The position numbers and the translations under genes are program-made. Positions 31,684 through 42,226 of a stretch of DNA of 64,000 bases are shown here, one piece after another. The notes under the pieces are model-generated. The model was not told the DNA's origin and made no database searches. It saw only the letters and a program-made list of their open reading frames with translations. Where the stretch lies: assembly GCA_040005235.1 (NCBI GenBank), contig JBDTZG010000004.1, positions 128,001 through 192,000 of the forward strand, in the 5' to 3' direction. Numbering within the stretch: position 1 is the stretch's first letter; each line of letters begins with the position of its first letter. This DNA comes from Acidobacteriota bacterium. GTDB taxonomy: Bacteria; Acidobacteriota; Thermoanaerobaculia; Multivoradales; UBA5704.

Positions 31684-31695
31684 TTGGGCGCCGCC

Positions 31696-32361
31696 TCACC
31701 CCAGCGGCACCATCTCCAACTCCTGCCGTAGCTTGATCAGCAGCTTCTCGGAGTACACCCCCGATCGCAGCTGCACCCCGGGGTAGATCTGCGTCTCCCG
31801 CCCGACCACCACGCCCGGGTGAATCACACAGTTGCACCCGGTCTGCACGTGGTCCCCGAGCACCGCGCCGAGCTTCCGCCGCCCGCTGGGCCGATCCTTC
31901 CCGACGTAAATCTCCCGTCCGTCGTGGCGGAAGTTCGACAGGATCGTCCCGGCGCCCAGGTTGACCTCGGCCCCGAGGATCGAATCGCCCACGTAGTTCA
32001 GATGCGGAGCCCGGGCGCCGGGCAGGAAGATCGCCCGCTTCACTTCGGTATTGGCCCCGATCACCGCCCCGTCGCCGATCCAGACCCCGCCGCGCAAATA
32101 CGCTCCGGGCCGGATCTCCACGTCTTCGCCGATCCACGCCGGCCCCTCGATCACCACACCAGGAGCCAGCCGAGTCCCCCGGCCGATCGCGATCCGATCC
32201 CCGCCAAGCGAAACCTCCGGCGGCACCCCGATCTCGATCGCCGAAGAGGGGAGGGCGTCGAGAATCTCGTCGAGCGCTTCCCCGAGCAGCGCCCACGGCG
32301 CATCTGGATCGAAGCGAGCGCGGAAGGGCTCAGGCAGGTCGGCGAAGAGAGGGGGCAGCAT
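31696..32361 (-). CDS. Hexapeptide-repeat acyltransferase (GlmU C-terminal-like)
   Basis: IRPGAYLRG, APHLNYVGDSILG, VNLGAGT, RRKLGAVLGD. Confidence 0.85.
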   Translation of the reverse strand: MLPPLFADLPEPFRARFDPDAPWALLGEALDEILDALPSSAIEIGVPPEVSLGGDRIAIGRGTRLAPGVVIEGPAWIGEDVEIRPGAYLRGGVWIGDGAVIGANTEVKRAIFLPGARAPHLNYVGDSILGAEVNLGAGTILSNFRHDGREIYVGKDRPSGRRKLGAVLGDHVQTGCNCVIHPGVVVGRETQIYPGVQLRSGVYSEKLLIKLRQELEMVPLG

Positions 32362-32462
32362 GGGGGCGGGGGGATTATAGGCGGGTTCCGGGACCTCAGA
32401 GGGGATCTCTAAGGTGGGGCACCCTCCGCAAGGTCCGCAACCTGCGCTAGTATCTGACTACT

Positions 32463-32756
32463 ATGAAGACCATCCGCGCCGTAGCCTTCCGAAGTGGTGA
32501 TTGGTGGGTCGCGCAGTGCCTTGAATATCGCATCGCCACGCAATCAAGGCGACTGGAAGATCTTCCCTACGAGCTCGATCGCCTGCTCAAAGTACAGATC
32601 GCCGCGAGTCTGGAGATGGGTATCGAACCCTTCTACGGTTTTTCTCCCGCTCCCAGGAAATACTGGGAGATGTACGAGAAAGCCACCTCCCGAGTGGAGC
32701 CGGTTCGCAAGCGGGAGCAAGAAGGCCCTCAGTTTGAAACACGGATCGCCGCTTAG
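32463..32756 (+). CDS. HicB-like (DUF1902-like) small protein
   Basis: GDWWVAQCLEYRIATQSRRLEDL resembles the HicB N-terminal fold; PAPRKYWEMY. Confidence 0.6.
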   Translation: MKTIRAVAFRSGDWWVAQCLEYRIATQSRRLEDLPYELDRLLKVQIAASLEMGIEPFYGFSPAPRKYWEMYEKATSRVEPVRKREQEGPQFETRIAA

Positions 32757-33004
32757 TCTTCCGGCTCGGGGTCGAGGCCGAAATCCAGAGGCGGAATGCC
32801 GAAATAGGCGCAAAGACCCTCGAGAACTGCCGGTGTAAGGATGTCGTCTTCCTCGACTGCCGGGATGGCCATCGAACGCTCTCCCTCAGCGAGAAAGAGG
32901 CCGTATACACCCACCTGTAAGGCCGCTCGGGCCTCTACGCCGTACTCACGTTTGGCCCGCGCCATGAACTGCCTCAAAGTAATTTCCCAGGGACCTCCAG
33001 CCAT
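32753..33004 (-). CDS. Small hypothetical protein, possibly HicA-like
   Basis: GGAGAGG RBS; LTPAVLEGLCAYFGIPPLDF resembles the HicA C-terminal helix; stop overlaps the HicB-like gene stop. Confidence 0.5.
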   Translation of the reverse strand: MAGGPWEITLRQFMARAKREYGVEARAALQVGVYGLFLAEGERSMAIPAVEEDDILTPAVLEGLCAYFGIPPLDFGLDPEPED

Positions 33005-33102
33005 TCGCCTCTCCCTCCCTCTTGAGGCTTGAACTTAGTAGGAACCTCAAGAGTCGCGCAAGGGATTGGCCCGAATCCGGAACACTTTTTTCGGCCTGCA
33101 CC

Positions 33103-33714
33103 TTGAGCCAGCGCAAACCCCTCCCGCTCCGCTTCTACCGCCGCCCGACCGAGCTCGTCGCCCGTGAGCTGCTCGGTCGGTACATCGTCCGTGACCTCGA
33201 AGGCGACCGCTTGGTCCTCCGCATCGTCGAGACCGAGGCGTATCTCGGGGCTCCCGATCGGGCGAGCCATGCGTGGGGCGGTCGGCGGACGGCGCGGAAG
33301 GAGAGTTTGTACCTGCCCGGCGGGTACGCCTATGTCTATTTCATCTACGGCATGCACTTCTGTCTGAACGTGGTGACCGAAGGGGCGGATCTCGGCAGTG
33401 CGGTTCTGATCCGGGCGGGGGAGCCGGTGGCGGGGGAGGAGCGGATGCTTGCCCTGCGCGGTCTTTCGCGCGCCCGGCCGGGGGATGTTGCGGGCGGTCC
33501 TGGTCGGTTGTGCAAGGCTCTCGGGATCGACCGCGACGACGACGGCGTGCGGTTCGACCGCGGGGCGTTGAAGATCGTCGAGGGCGAGCCGGTGGGTGAG
33601 GCTGAGATCGCCAGCGGGCCGCGCGTGGGGATCGACTATGCCGCGGATGCCGTCTCGTGGCCACTGAGGTTCGCGATACGCGGCAACCCGCATGTCTCGC
33701 GCCCGCGGCTTTAG
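33103..33714 (+). CDS. mpg: DNA-3-methyladenine glycosylase (AAG/Mpg)
   Basis: VARELLG, IVETEAY, YVYFIYGMHFCLNVV, AVLIRAGEP, GPRVGI. Confidence 0.93.
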   Translation: MSQRKPLPLRFYRRPTELVARELLGRYIVRDLEGDRLVLRIVETEAYLGAPDRASHAWGGRRTARKESLYLPGGYAYVYFIYGMHFCLNVVTEGADLGSAVLIRAGEPVAGEERMLALRGLSRARPGDVAGGPGRLCKALGIDRDDDGVRFDRGALKIVEGEPVGEAEIASGPRVGIDYAADAVSWPLRFAIRGNPHVSRPRL

Positions 33715-33718
33715 GAGC

Positions 33719-34885
33719 TTACTTCCCCTTCCCTGCCGACAGCGTGATGTGACCCGCGTTGGCGAGCTTCCAGAACACGAGCAGGGCGTCGAGCTGGGGC
33801 ATTGGCGTAATCTTGACGATCGCCTGGATGTCGTAACCGCCGGTGATGCGGGTGAGCATGAAGCCTTCCTGCGGCGAGATCTTCAGGGTCTGCAGCTCTT
33901 CCATCTTGCGCGCCAGTTTGGGCACCGAGGTGAGGCTTACGCCCGCGAGCTCGACGGCGTCTCGGACTTTTCGTTCTCCGTCGCGCAACGCGATCTCGGT
34001 GTCTCGCTTGTCCGGCTCCAGGCTCCGGGCCGCGCGCAGGTGGCGGAGCGCCAGCTCGTACTCCTTGTCTTCGAGGTAGCGCTGAGCGGCGGCCAGGAGC
34101 TGCGAGAAATCGATCGTGCCGTTGGCGCTCGGCGCCGACAGGGCCGGGAAGCGTCCCGTCATGGCGCTGTTGGGCCCTCCTACCCAGCGCGGCTTGACCA
34201 CCTTGAGCCGCCCTTCGCGGTACTGGTCGAACAGGACGCGGTAGATGAAGAACTCGGTCGAGTGGGTCTCGCGCTGGATCTCGGCGACCGTCCGCTCGTC
34301 GTCGACGTGTTCGAGAATTTTGCGCTTGCCCGGATCGAGGTCGGTCTCGTCCCACATCGCGATCTGCACCGGGATCACATCCGAGGAGGGGATCACCGAG
34401 CGCAGCCGGTTCCACTCGTCCACCCGCTGTACCCCTTCGAGGATGATCGCTGTGACATCCAGGTTCATTGGGATCATCGGGTGCTCGGGCAGCACGTCGT
34501 CCAGGAACTTGAAGTCCGCCTCCAGCCAGGTGAAAACGTCGTAGATGCTCTCTTCGGCTTTCACCCGAAGCAGGCGATGGAGGTCCGGCTCGCCGATCAC
34601 CCCGGAGTCGACCAGGATGCGGCCGAGCAGGTTGCCGGTCTTGCCCTGCTGCTGGACCGCCTGGGTCAGATCCACCTCGCTGATGAACCCCTGACCGACC
34701 AGGAAATGCCCCAGATACTCCTCCGGCTTGGTCGAAGAGGAGGAGATGACCCGCCCCTCGCGAAAGTAGATCTTCTTCTCGATCTTCTCGCGCTGGATGT
34801 GCAGCGTCCCGGTCTTTTGACTCTGGGAGAGCCACTGCAGCAGCTCGGCGAGCTGCATGGTCTTGAGATTTCCGACGATGCCCAT
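33719..34885 (-). CDS. DUF4388 (PATAN-like) domain protein with TPR-like helix
   Basis: GNLKTMQLAELLQWL..KTGTL, LGRILV, LEGVQRVDEW. Confidence 0.85.
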   Translation of the reverse strand: MGIVGNLKTMQLAELLQWLSQSQKTGTLHIQREKIEKKIYFREGRVISSSSTKPEEYLGHFLVGQGFISEVDLTQAVQQQGKTGNLLGRILVDSGVIGEPDLHRLLRVKAEESIYDVFTWLEADFKFLDDVLPEHPMIPMNLDVTAIILEGVQRVDEWNRLRSVIPSSDVIPVQIAMWDETDLDPGKRKILEHVDDERTVAEIQRETHSTEFFIYRVLFDQYREGRLKVVKPRWVGGPNSAMTGRFPALSAPSANGTIDFSQLLAAAQRYLEDKEYELALRHLRAARSLEPDKRDTEIALRDGERKVRDAVELAGVSLTSVPKLARKMEELQTLKISPQEGFMLTRITGGYDIQAIVKITPMPQLDALLVFWKLANAGHITLSAGKGK

Positions 34886-35182
34886 GGCGGTTGGCTTGCG
34901 GCTGATTATAGTTCTGGGGTTCCTGGAAACTCCCGCCGTTTCACCCTAGCGGGAACGGTGCGCGCACTTCGGATCGTTCCCGGAGCCTGCGAACCCTATA
35001 GGAAACCCGGCCGTTCGGTCATCTTCCAGGCCGCGGCGCCAGGGATTCATAGCATCTCCGTAACTTCTCGACGCGGTCGCTCGCCCAGAACCCTAGAGAA
35101 CTTTCCGGACAAGGCGGCGATCCCGGCGCGGTCGCCGATCGCAGGATTGACTGCGGACGGCGCCACCGCTCGGGGGTTCGTC

Positions 35183-38100
35183 ATGCTTTGTCAGCGACCG
35201 CTCATCCGGCTTCGGATCGCCCTGTTCGCGCTCGTCTTCGCCACGTTCGGGTTCGGACCGACGTTGCCGGGAACGGCTCAGACCTGCTGGGTGTACACCG
35301 ACACCGAGATCGCCAAGGCGCCGATCATCTGTGTCGACAAGAGCGATCTGTCGACCCCCTGCGCTTGGCCGACCGACTGTACGACCATTCCCGCGGCGGC
35401 GCCGCAGACCATCCGCCGGATGCACGAGATCTGGCATCAATGTTTTGGCAACGTCGGAGGCTCGACCCCTCCGGCCGGTCGGAGCCAGCGCTGGTACGCC
35501 TTCCATCGCCAGTTCGAGACGGATTTCAACGTCTGGCGCAGGGACATCGGGATCTCGCCGATCGAGCAGCTGGAGTGGTGCCCGAACATGAATCTGCCGA
35601 TCGGCACCGGGCCGGCGAATCCGGCCGGGTCCTCCTGCGGCGTCGGCACGCCGCGACCCGCCAATCGCCCTTGCCCCGGGTGCGTCGCCTTTCCTCAATG
35701 TTTGTTTCATGCGGGGGGCGGGCCGATCGCCTGCCCCGGGGCGCCGAGCGCCAGTTGCACCACGCCGGACGGCATGGTCACCTTCCCCTACACTTCGCTC
35801 GAACAGTTCCCCAACGTCGACGAGGTGGCAAAGATCCTGGACGGCCAGTTTCACGGCATCATGCACGGCGCGGTGGCGGTCGCGAATCGCACGTCCGCCG
35901 ACGGGTGCGATCCGCCGCTCCACAACTCGGGGTGCTTCAATCTCGATTCCTTGGGCAGCGCCTGCTCGCCGCGCGATCCGATGTTCTGGCGCCTTCACCA
36001 TGCCCTCGACGACGTGGTCCGCGCCTGGCAGGATCGCAAGGCGGTCGACGTAGTCGTGGTGGTCGACCGGTCGGGCAGCATGAGCGATCCCGATTCGTCG
36101 GGCTCGACCAAGCTTCAGGCCGCGCTCGCGGCGCTCGACAATTTCGGCGATCTTCTCGAAGATTCGCGCTCCGACGGCCAGACCAACCGGATCGGCGTCG
36201 TCTCCTACTCGGACAGTGCCTCCACCAACTTGAACCTGACGGTCGCGGGATCCGGCCTGCGCGGGCCGGGCGGGCCGCTGCCGATGGCCATCTCCGCCAT
36301 TTCGGGGGGAGGTCCCGGCGGCTGCACGGGCATCGGCTCCGCGCTCCAGAGAGCGGTCGAGATGCTCTGCCCGCCCGGCGACTGCCGCGGCTTCTCGGCT
36401 TCCGGCGACAACGACCGCAAGGCGATCCTCCTGCTCACCGACGGGGTGGAAAACATCGCCCCGTGCTTGAAGCCGGCGGGGGCTTCGGGCTCGTCCTGCG
36501 GCACCCAGTGTTTCGGCGCCCCGTTCGATCTCGAAAAGCTCGAATTCACCCAGCTGGTCGCCGTCGGCTTCGGCAACACCTCGAATTTGAACGGCCCGCT
36601 GCTCACCCTGGTCGCCGAGCGCCAAGGAGGCATCTACCTCCAGAACCCCAACGGCCCGGCCGACGATCTCAAGGACTTCTTCGCCAAGGCGTTCGGCAAC
36701 CTGTCGGACGAGTTCCTGCTGCTCGATCCCAAGGGCACCCTGGCCACGGGCGACGCGGCCTCGCCGCCGGTCGAATATACGGGGTGCGCCGACTCGAAGC
36801 TCACCTTTACCTCCGGCTGGAACGAAGCCCTGCCTCCCGGCGCTCTGCGCCTGCTGGTGACCAGCCCGACCGGCGATCTGGTGCGCGCGAGCGACCCGGG
36901 GGTCGAAGCCTCGCGCCAGGCGCTGTGGGATTTCTCTCGTCTCCGCCTGCCGTATCGCGGCGCGGTCTCCGGCACCTGGCGGGCGCAGCTGGTCCGGCCG
37001 CACAGCGCCTACGTGAACGGCTTCGCGCCCGATGCATTTGCCGATCCCGACGCCGGCGCGCAGTTGGTCCGGCGCGAGATCCAGCGGCTTTGCCCGGACG
37101 GTTGCGCCCGCACGCTGCTCTTCGAGGCGGGCCTTCGGGGTTTCCGTTCGACCTACCGCGAAGCAGTGCGCGCCGAAAAGCTGGCCGGCCTGCTCGGGAC
37201 GGTGACGGTGGTGCGCGACGATCACGATCTTGCGACGCGCGTCGCCCACGGCGGCGTCGACCTGGTGGTCTACGCCCAGATGGGGAAGGATCAGGTGCGC
37301 GCCTACGATCGGTATCTTGCCCGGTTCGTCTGCGCCGGGGGGAGGGCGATTCTGTCCGACGTCCGGGCCAGGAACCGCATGCCGCTGTTTAAATGCGCCG
37401 GGGCCGAGGCGGTCGGACCGCGGAATTGGCAACAGATCCACGACGGCGACCTGATCGCGGCGCCGCTCAAGCTGGTCAACCCGGGCTACCCGGTCTTCTC
37501 CTATGCGGTGGCCGGGGCGAGCCTTCAGGCCTTCGTCGACCGGCCGGTGGCCGCGGTCGCCGCGCGGGTCGTCCAAGGCAAAGCCGTCCGCTGGTTCGTC
37601 GACGTGCTCGGAACGACGCTCGCGAAACTCTCCCCCCATCGCCGCGAAACCGATTGGCGGACCGGTTCCACCCCCATCGTCTCGGCGCGCGTGCTGCCGT
37701 CCTACATTCGATCCGGAGGCTGGGACCGGGTGGACGCACGGGTCGAGGTCGAATACCCGAAGGTCGGCGAAGGCACGCTCCTCGCGCAGACCGGCCTGCG
37801 CGGTCCGCGAAAAGTGAAAGGCGAGACGATCGATCCGCGCGCCGTGGCGCTTTCGACGATCCAGGTACCGACCGGCTTCCAGACCTTTCCGTTGTTCGAC
37901 GACGGCGCGAACGCGGATCTCAATCCGGGCAACGGCGTCTGGAGCGGCGAGCTGACCGGGCTCGGCCGTACCGACGGGATCTACAAGCTGCGCTATCTGT
38001 TCGACTTCACCGCCGGGGGTTGCACCACCCACCGCGAGCTGACCGAATCGATGTATGTCGAGCTGGGGGTCGATCCGCGCGGGACCAACGTGCGCAACGA

Positions 38101-38746
38101 GCCGCAACGCCAGCCCGACGGCTCGATCGTCAACCGGATCTCGATCACGCCGGCCGACCTGGGAGGACACCTGCTCGGCCCGGGTCGAACCGGTGCGGTC
38201 TCCTGCCGGCCTGCCGCGACCTGCAAGATCTCCCGGGATCTCCAGGATGACGGCAAGGGGACCTACGCACTCGAAGTGGTCACCGCGCCGGGCGCTGCCG
38301 GAGTGCGGCTCGCCGCGTTCGGCGCCGACCTGGACGTGGCGGTCCCTTGCGACGGTTGCCCGCGTCTCGCCGAGATCGCGATCGAACCGGGCCAGGTGGT
38401 CAATCAACAGCCGGCGCGCGGGAGGGTGAAGCTCTCGGGGAAAGCGCCCGCCAACCGGGCGGGTGGCGCCGTGATCTATCTGTCGAGCGATTTACGCCGC
38501 GTAGCCGCAGTGCCGGAAAGCGTCTTGGTGCCGGCGGGGCAGACGGAGGCGACCTTTCCGGTAACCGTCTTCCACGTGCATGAGGAGCCCGAGACGGTGA
38601 CCGTCGAGGCGGTCTACGGCGCGGATCGAAAGAAGGCGAAGATCACGGTGTCCGAGCCCGCCGTCGATCCGAACGCGCCGTGGCAGCCCGCGACGATCCC
38701 GGGCGGGTACGACCCTCACGACCATCATCACGGGCACGACGAGTAA
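35183..38746 (+). CDS. Secreted tyrosinase-like (type-3 copper) / vWA / Ig-like multidomain protein with His-rich tail
   Basis: Signal peptide; MHEIWH, YAFHRQF, FHGIMHGAV, SPRDPMFWRLHHALD; MIDAS DRSGS and LLTDG; ends HDHHHGHDE. Start set at ATG 35183 because the upstream ORF part is antisense to the DUF4388 gene. Confidence 0.8.
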   Translation: MLCQRPLIRLRIALFALVFATFGFGPTLPGTAQTCWVYTDTEIAKAPIICVDKSDLSTPCAWPTDCTTIPAAAPQTIRRMHEIWHQCFGNVGGSTPPAGRSQRWYAFHRQFETDFNVWRRDIGISPIEQLEWCPNMNLPIGTGPANPAGSSCGVGTPRPANRPCPGCVAFPQCLFHAGGGPIACPGAPSASCTTPDGMVTFPYTSLEQFPNVDEVAKILDGQFHGIMHGAVAVANRTSADGCDPPLHNSGCFNLDSLGSACSPRDPMFWRLHHALDDVVRAWQDRKAVDVVVVVDRSGSMSDPDSSGSTKLQAALAALDNFGDLLEDSRSDGQTNRIGVVSYSDSASTNLNLTVAGSGLRGPGGPLPMAISAISGGGPGGCTGIGSALQRAVEMLCPPGDCRGFSASGDNDRKAILLLTDGVENIAPCLKPAGASGSSCGTQCFGAPFDLEKLEFTQLVAVGFGNTSNLNGPLLTLVAERQGGIYLQNPNGPADDLKDFFAKAFGNLSDEFLLLDPKGTLATGDAASPPVEYTGCADSKLTFTSGWNEALPPGALRLLVTSPTGDLVRASDPGVEASRQALWDFSRLRLPYRGAVSGTWRAQLVRPHSAYVNGFAPDAFADPDAGAQLVRREIQRLCPDGCARTLLFEAGLRGFRSTYREAVRAEKLAGLLGTVTVVRDDHDLATRVAHGGVDLVVYAQMGKDQVRAYDRYLARFVCAGGRAILSDVRARNRMPLFKCAGAEAVGPRNWQQIHDGDLIAAPLKLVNPGYPVFSYAVAGASLQAFVDRPVAAVAARVVQGKAVRWFVDVLGTTLAKLSPHRRETDWRTGSTPIVSARVLPSYIRSGGWDRVDARVEVEYPKVGEGTLLAQTGLRGPRKVKGETIDPRAVALSTIQVPTGFQTFPLFDDGANADLNPGNGVWSGELTGLGRTDGIYKLRYLFDFTAGGCTTHRELTESMYVELGVDPRGTNVRNEPQRQPDGSIVNRISITPADLGGHLLGPGRTGAVSCRPAATCKISRDLQDDGKGTYALEVVTAPGAAGVRLAAFGADLDVAVPCDGCPRLAEIAIEPGQVVNQQPARGRVKLSGKAPANRAGGAVIYLSSDLRRVAAVPESVLVPAGQTEATFPVTVFHVHEEPETVTVEAVYGADRKKAKITVSEPAVDPNAPWQPATIPGGYDPHDHHHGHDE

Positions 38747-38785
38747 GGGAGCGAAACTCGCGCGGGCGGAGCGGGATGTCCGCTC

Positions 38786-39271
38786 CTACCGCGCGGGGGT
38801 GGTTCCGGTCTGGCCCTGATAGTGAGACGACGAGCCGGGCTCACCGTAAGCCACTTCGGGCTCGGATTCCATAGCGATGAAGATCAGCTGCGCGATCCGC
38901 CGGCCGGCTTCGAGCACGAACGGCGCCGGCCCCAAGTTTTGCAGCTCCAGGGTGATGTTGCCTTCGAACCCAGGGTCGCACCAGCCGGCGAGCGAGTGGT
39001 TGATCCACAAGCGGCCGAGGGTGGACTTGAGCTTCAAATCGCACGCGACCGTGCGCGGTATGCGCACGTATTCGAGCGTCGAAGCGAGGATCACCTCGCC
39101 CGGGAACAGCTTGACCGCGGAGGAGGTGAACTCCTCCGGGTCGCGCGTCGGGCAGATCCAATGGTCGGAGAGCCGGACGTCGTAGCTCGCCGAGTTGACC
39201 TGGGACGGCTCGAACGGACGGACGCCGTCCGCCATTCCCCATTCGCGAATCCATCGGTCGGGCTTGATCAT
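38786..39271 (-). CDS. dcd: dCTP deaminase
   Basis: NSASYDVRL, KSTLGRL, DPGFEGNITLE, RIAQLIF, YQGQTG. Confidence 0.9.
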   Translation of the reverse strand: MIKPDRWIREWGMADGVRPFEPSQVNSASYDVRLSDHWICPTRDPEEFTSSAVKLFPGEVILASTLEYVRIPRTVACDLKLKSTLGRLWINHSLAGWCDPGFEGNITLELQNLGPAPFVLEAGRRIAQLIFIAMESEPEVAYGEPGSSSHYQGQTGTTPAR

Positions 39272-39279
39272 CTTCGGTC

Positions 39280-40263
39280 TTAGGTGAAGCTGACCGGGGT
39301 GGTGACCTGCTCGCGGTGAATCGTGTCGACGAAGCGGATGATCCGGCGCTGAAGCGACATGAACAGCGTCGAGGTGCGCGCGCCGCCGCCGAAGAAACGG
39401 ACTCCTTTGAGCAGCTCGCCGTCGGTGACGCCGGTCGAGGAGAAGAGGATCTCTTCGCCGGGGGCGAGTTCCTCGGTGCTGTAGATCTTGTCCGCGTCCA
39501 TGATGTCCAAGTCCTTCAAACGCTGCTCCTGCGCGGGGTCGAGCGCCTTCAATCGCGCCTGGATCTCGCCGCCCAGGCAGCGCATGGCCGCCGCGGTGAT
39601 CACCCCTTCGGGCGCGCCGCCGATTCCCATCACGGCATGGACTCCCGTGCCGCGAACGGCAGCGGCGATCCCGGCCGAAAGGTCGCCGTCGCCGATCAGG
39701 CGAATCCGCGCTCCGGCGCTGCGGATGTCGGAGATCAGCTGCTGGTGGCGCTCGCGATCGAGCACCACGACCGTCAGGTCGCTCACCTTGCGATTGAACG
39801 CGGCGGCGATGTTGCGCAGATTTTCGGCGGGCGGCGCGTCGATGTGGATCGTGCCGCGGGCGGTCTGGCCGACCACGATCTTTTCCATGTAGACGTCGGG
39901 CGCGTGGAGCAGACCGCCGCGCTCCGCCGCCGCGAGCACGGCCACCGCGTCCGGGGCGCCGGTGGCGCAGAGGTTCGTTCCTTCCAGAGGATCGACCGCG
40001 ATGTCGACCTGCGGCGCGCCGGCCTTGCCGCGCGCGGCGCCCAGCTCTTCGCCGACGTAGAGCATCGGCGCCTTGTCGCGCTCGCCCTCGCCGATCACGA
40101 TCCGGCCGTCCATTTCGAGCAGATCCATCTCGCGGCGCATCGCTTCGACCGCCACGTGGTCGGAGTGGCTCCGCTCGCCGAAGCCCATGGTCTTGGCCGC
40201 CGCGAGAGCCGCCTGCTCCGTGACGCGGATGAAATCCTGTTCCAGCCGGTGGTCGATGGCCAT
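39280..40263 (-). CDS. glpX: Class II fructose-1,6-bisphosphatase
   Basis: [42 protein letters not shown]. Confidence 0.96.
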   Translation of the reverse strand: MAIDHRLEQDFIRVTEQAALAAAKTMGFGERSHSDHVAVEAMRREMDLLEMDGRIVIGEGERDKAPMLYVGEELGAARGKAGAPQVDIAVDPLEGTNLCATGAPDAVAVLAAAERGGLLHAPDVYMEKIVVGQTARGTIHIDAPPAENLRNIAAAFNRKVSDLTVVVLDRERHQQLISDIRSAGARIRLIGDGDLSAGIAAAVRGTGVHAVMGIGGAPEGVITAAAMRCLGGEIQARLKALDPAQEQRLKDLDIMDADKIYSTEELAPGEEILFSSTGVTDGELLKGVRFFGGGARTSTLFMSLQRRIIRFVDTIHREQVTTPVSFT

Positions 40264-41501
40264 CAGTCTGCGCTCCCGACTTCGACCGGCATCGCCACCA
40301 AGGGGCGGGGAACTTTTTTCTCCACCAGCGGCGGATTGAACGCCGGAATGCCGGTGATCGACTCGCCGATAATCAGGGCGTGGATGTCGTGGGTTCCCTC
40401 GTAGGTGAAGACCGATTCGATGTTCAACATGTGGCGGATGACCGGATAGTCGTCCACGATGCCGTTGGCGCCCAGGATCTCGCGGGCGATCCGGGCGCAT
40501 TCGCGCGCCACCCAGACGTTGTTCCGCTTGCCCAGCGAGATGTGCTGGTGCTTGAGCTTGCCGGAGTCCTTGAGCTTGCCGAGCTGGTAGGCGAGCAGTT
40601 GCCCCTTGGTGATTTCGGAGACCATCCAGACCAGCTTTTCCTGCACCATCTGGTGGCACGCGATCGGCTGCCCGGCGAACTGAATCCGTTCTTTGGCGTA
40701 CTCAAGCGCCGTGTAGTAGCACTCCATGGCGGCCCCCAATCCCCCCCAGGCGATGCCGTAGCGCGCCTGGTTCAAGCACATCAACGGGCTCTTCAAGCCG
40801 GTCGAGCCGGGGAGCAGGTTTTCGGCCGGAATCCGGCAATCGTGAAAACCCAGCTCGGAGGTGGTCGAAGCCCGGAGCGAAAACTTGCCGTGCTGATCGG
40901 ACGAGGTGAACCCCGGAGTGCCCTTCTCGACCAGAAAGCCGCGCACGCCGTCCTCGGTCTTCGCCCAGACGACCGCGACGTCGGCGAGCGTGCCGTTGGT
41001 GATCCACTGCTTCGAGCCGTTCAGCACCCACTCGTTGCCGACCTTTTTGGCGGTGGTCCGCATGCCGCCCGGGTTCGAGCCGAAATCGGGCTCGGTCAGG
41101 CCAAAGCAGCCGATCGCCTCGCCGGTCGACATCGGCGGAATCCAGCGGTCCTTCTGCTCTTTCGAGCCGAAGGTGTAGATCGGGTACATCACCAGCGAGC
41201 TTTGGACCGAGACGAAGCTGCGCAACCCCGAGTCGCCGCGCTCCAGCTCCTGCATGATCAGCCCATAGGCGATGTTGTTCAGGCCCGGAAGGCCATATTC
41301 GGAGATCGTCGAGCCGAACAGGTTCATCCGCCCCATCTCGGGCACCAGCTCCAGGGGTGTGCGCCCCTCGCGATGGCACTCTTCGATGATCGGCTTGACC
41401 TTGTCATCCACGAACTCGCGCACGGTATCGCGCGCCATCCGCTCTTCTTCGGATAGGAGGGGATCGAACTCCAGGAAATCGACACCAGGGAAGCGGGCCA
41501 A
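40263..41501 (-). CDS. Acyl-CoA dehydrogenase, glutaryl-CoA dehydrogenase-like
   Basis: [37 protein letters not shown]; TTG start after AAGGAG. Confidence 0.92.
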   Translation of the reverse strand: MARFPGVDFLEFDPLLSEEERMARDTVREFVDDKVKPIIEECHREGRTPLELVPEMGRMNLFGSTISEYGLPGLNNIAYGLIMQELERGDSGLRSFVSVQSSLVMYPIYTFGSKEQKDRWIPPMSTGEAIGCFGLTEPDFGSNPGGMRTTAKKVGNEWVLNGSKQWITNGTLADVAVVWAKTEDGVRGFLVEKGTPGFTSSDQHGKFSLRASTTSELGFHDCRIPAENLLPGSTGLKSPLMCLNQARYGIAWGGLGAAMECYYTALEYAKERIQFAGQPIACHQMVQEKLVWMVSEITKGQLLAYQLGKLKDSGKLKHQHISLGKRNNVWVARECARIAREILGANGIVDDYPVIRHMLNIESVFTYEGTHDIHALIIGESITGIPAFNPPLVEKKVPRPLVAMPVEVGSAD

Positions 41502-41674
41502 GGGGATTCTCCTTCGCGGGGCGGCGGATCTCGGAAACCCGGGGAGGGCACCTCCCGCGCCGCGATCGTCGGTAATAAGGATAAGGACGCTTGAGCGTCC
41601 GCGGCCCAATGATACCACTCCGGGTGGGCGGGGCCGGCGGGCCCAGCCTGGTTTTCCGGGCCGCCCGCCAGCTC

Positions 41675-41778
41675 GCTTGTCCCGGGACCGCCGAGCACCA
41701 GCTCGGCACCGACGAGGAGCCAAACGTCCGGCGCTTCGAACGCCGCCGAGACGGCAGTGGTCCCGGACAAGCACACCC
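41675..41778. repeat. REP/REPIN-like hairpin element, copy 1
   Basis: GCTTGTCC...GGACAAGC inverted ends; internal CCGAGC-ACCA-GCTCGG palindrome; near-identical to 41916-42020. Confidence 0.8.
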
Positions 41779-41915
41779 GAGAGGCATCGCTGAGTGTCCT
41801 GATTCGCCGCGAGCGAAGTCATTCACTCGCGGCGTTCGCTGCTCGTTGCGCCTCTCGAAGCGGCGCTTGGAGGAGGTTGCGGATGCGGAGGCGGCAACCC
41901 AGCCCGCATGCTGAG

Positions 41916-42020
41916 GCTTGTCCTGGGACCGCCGAGCACCAGCTCGGCACCGACGAGGTGCCAAACGTCCGGCGCTTCGAAAGCCGCCGAGACGGCGGTG
42001 GTCCAAGGACAAGCACACCC
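41916..42020. repeat. REP/REPIN-like hairpin element, copy 2
   Basis: Direct repeat of 41675-41778 with a few substitutions. Confidence 0.8.
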
Positions 42021-42226
42021 ATGGCGAACCGGTTGCCCGTTGCGCCGCATCGCCCTGTTGCGACGCTTTTCTTGGAACGTCGGCGCCCGCGATCTCGCGC
42101 AAGATCGTTTTCTCGGCCGTGCGCGGCGAATTCGGCCACCGCGCAACCCTTTTTCCCGTTCCCGAAAACACACCTTGGCCTCCGGCGAGCGCTCCACCGG
42201 TCGCCGAGATCGAATGCGTGAAGAAA

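Noticed and set aside
33692-35182. N-terminal 497 aa of the 1684-aa ORF
   Set aside because: Mostly antisense shadow of the DUF4388 gene; the signal peptide and coding signal begin at 35183
35093-38407. 1104-aa minus-strand ORF
   Set aside because: Antisense mirror of the tyrosinase-vWA gene, expected with high-GC codon bias; no motifs
41502-41822. N-terminal extension of the acyl-CoA dehydrogenase ORF
   Set aside because: Runs through the REP-like element; RBS plus TTG at 41501 is the better start
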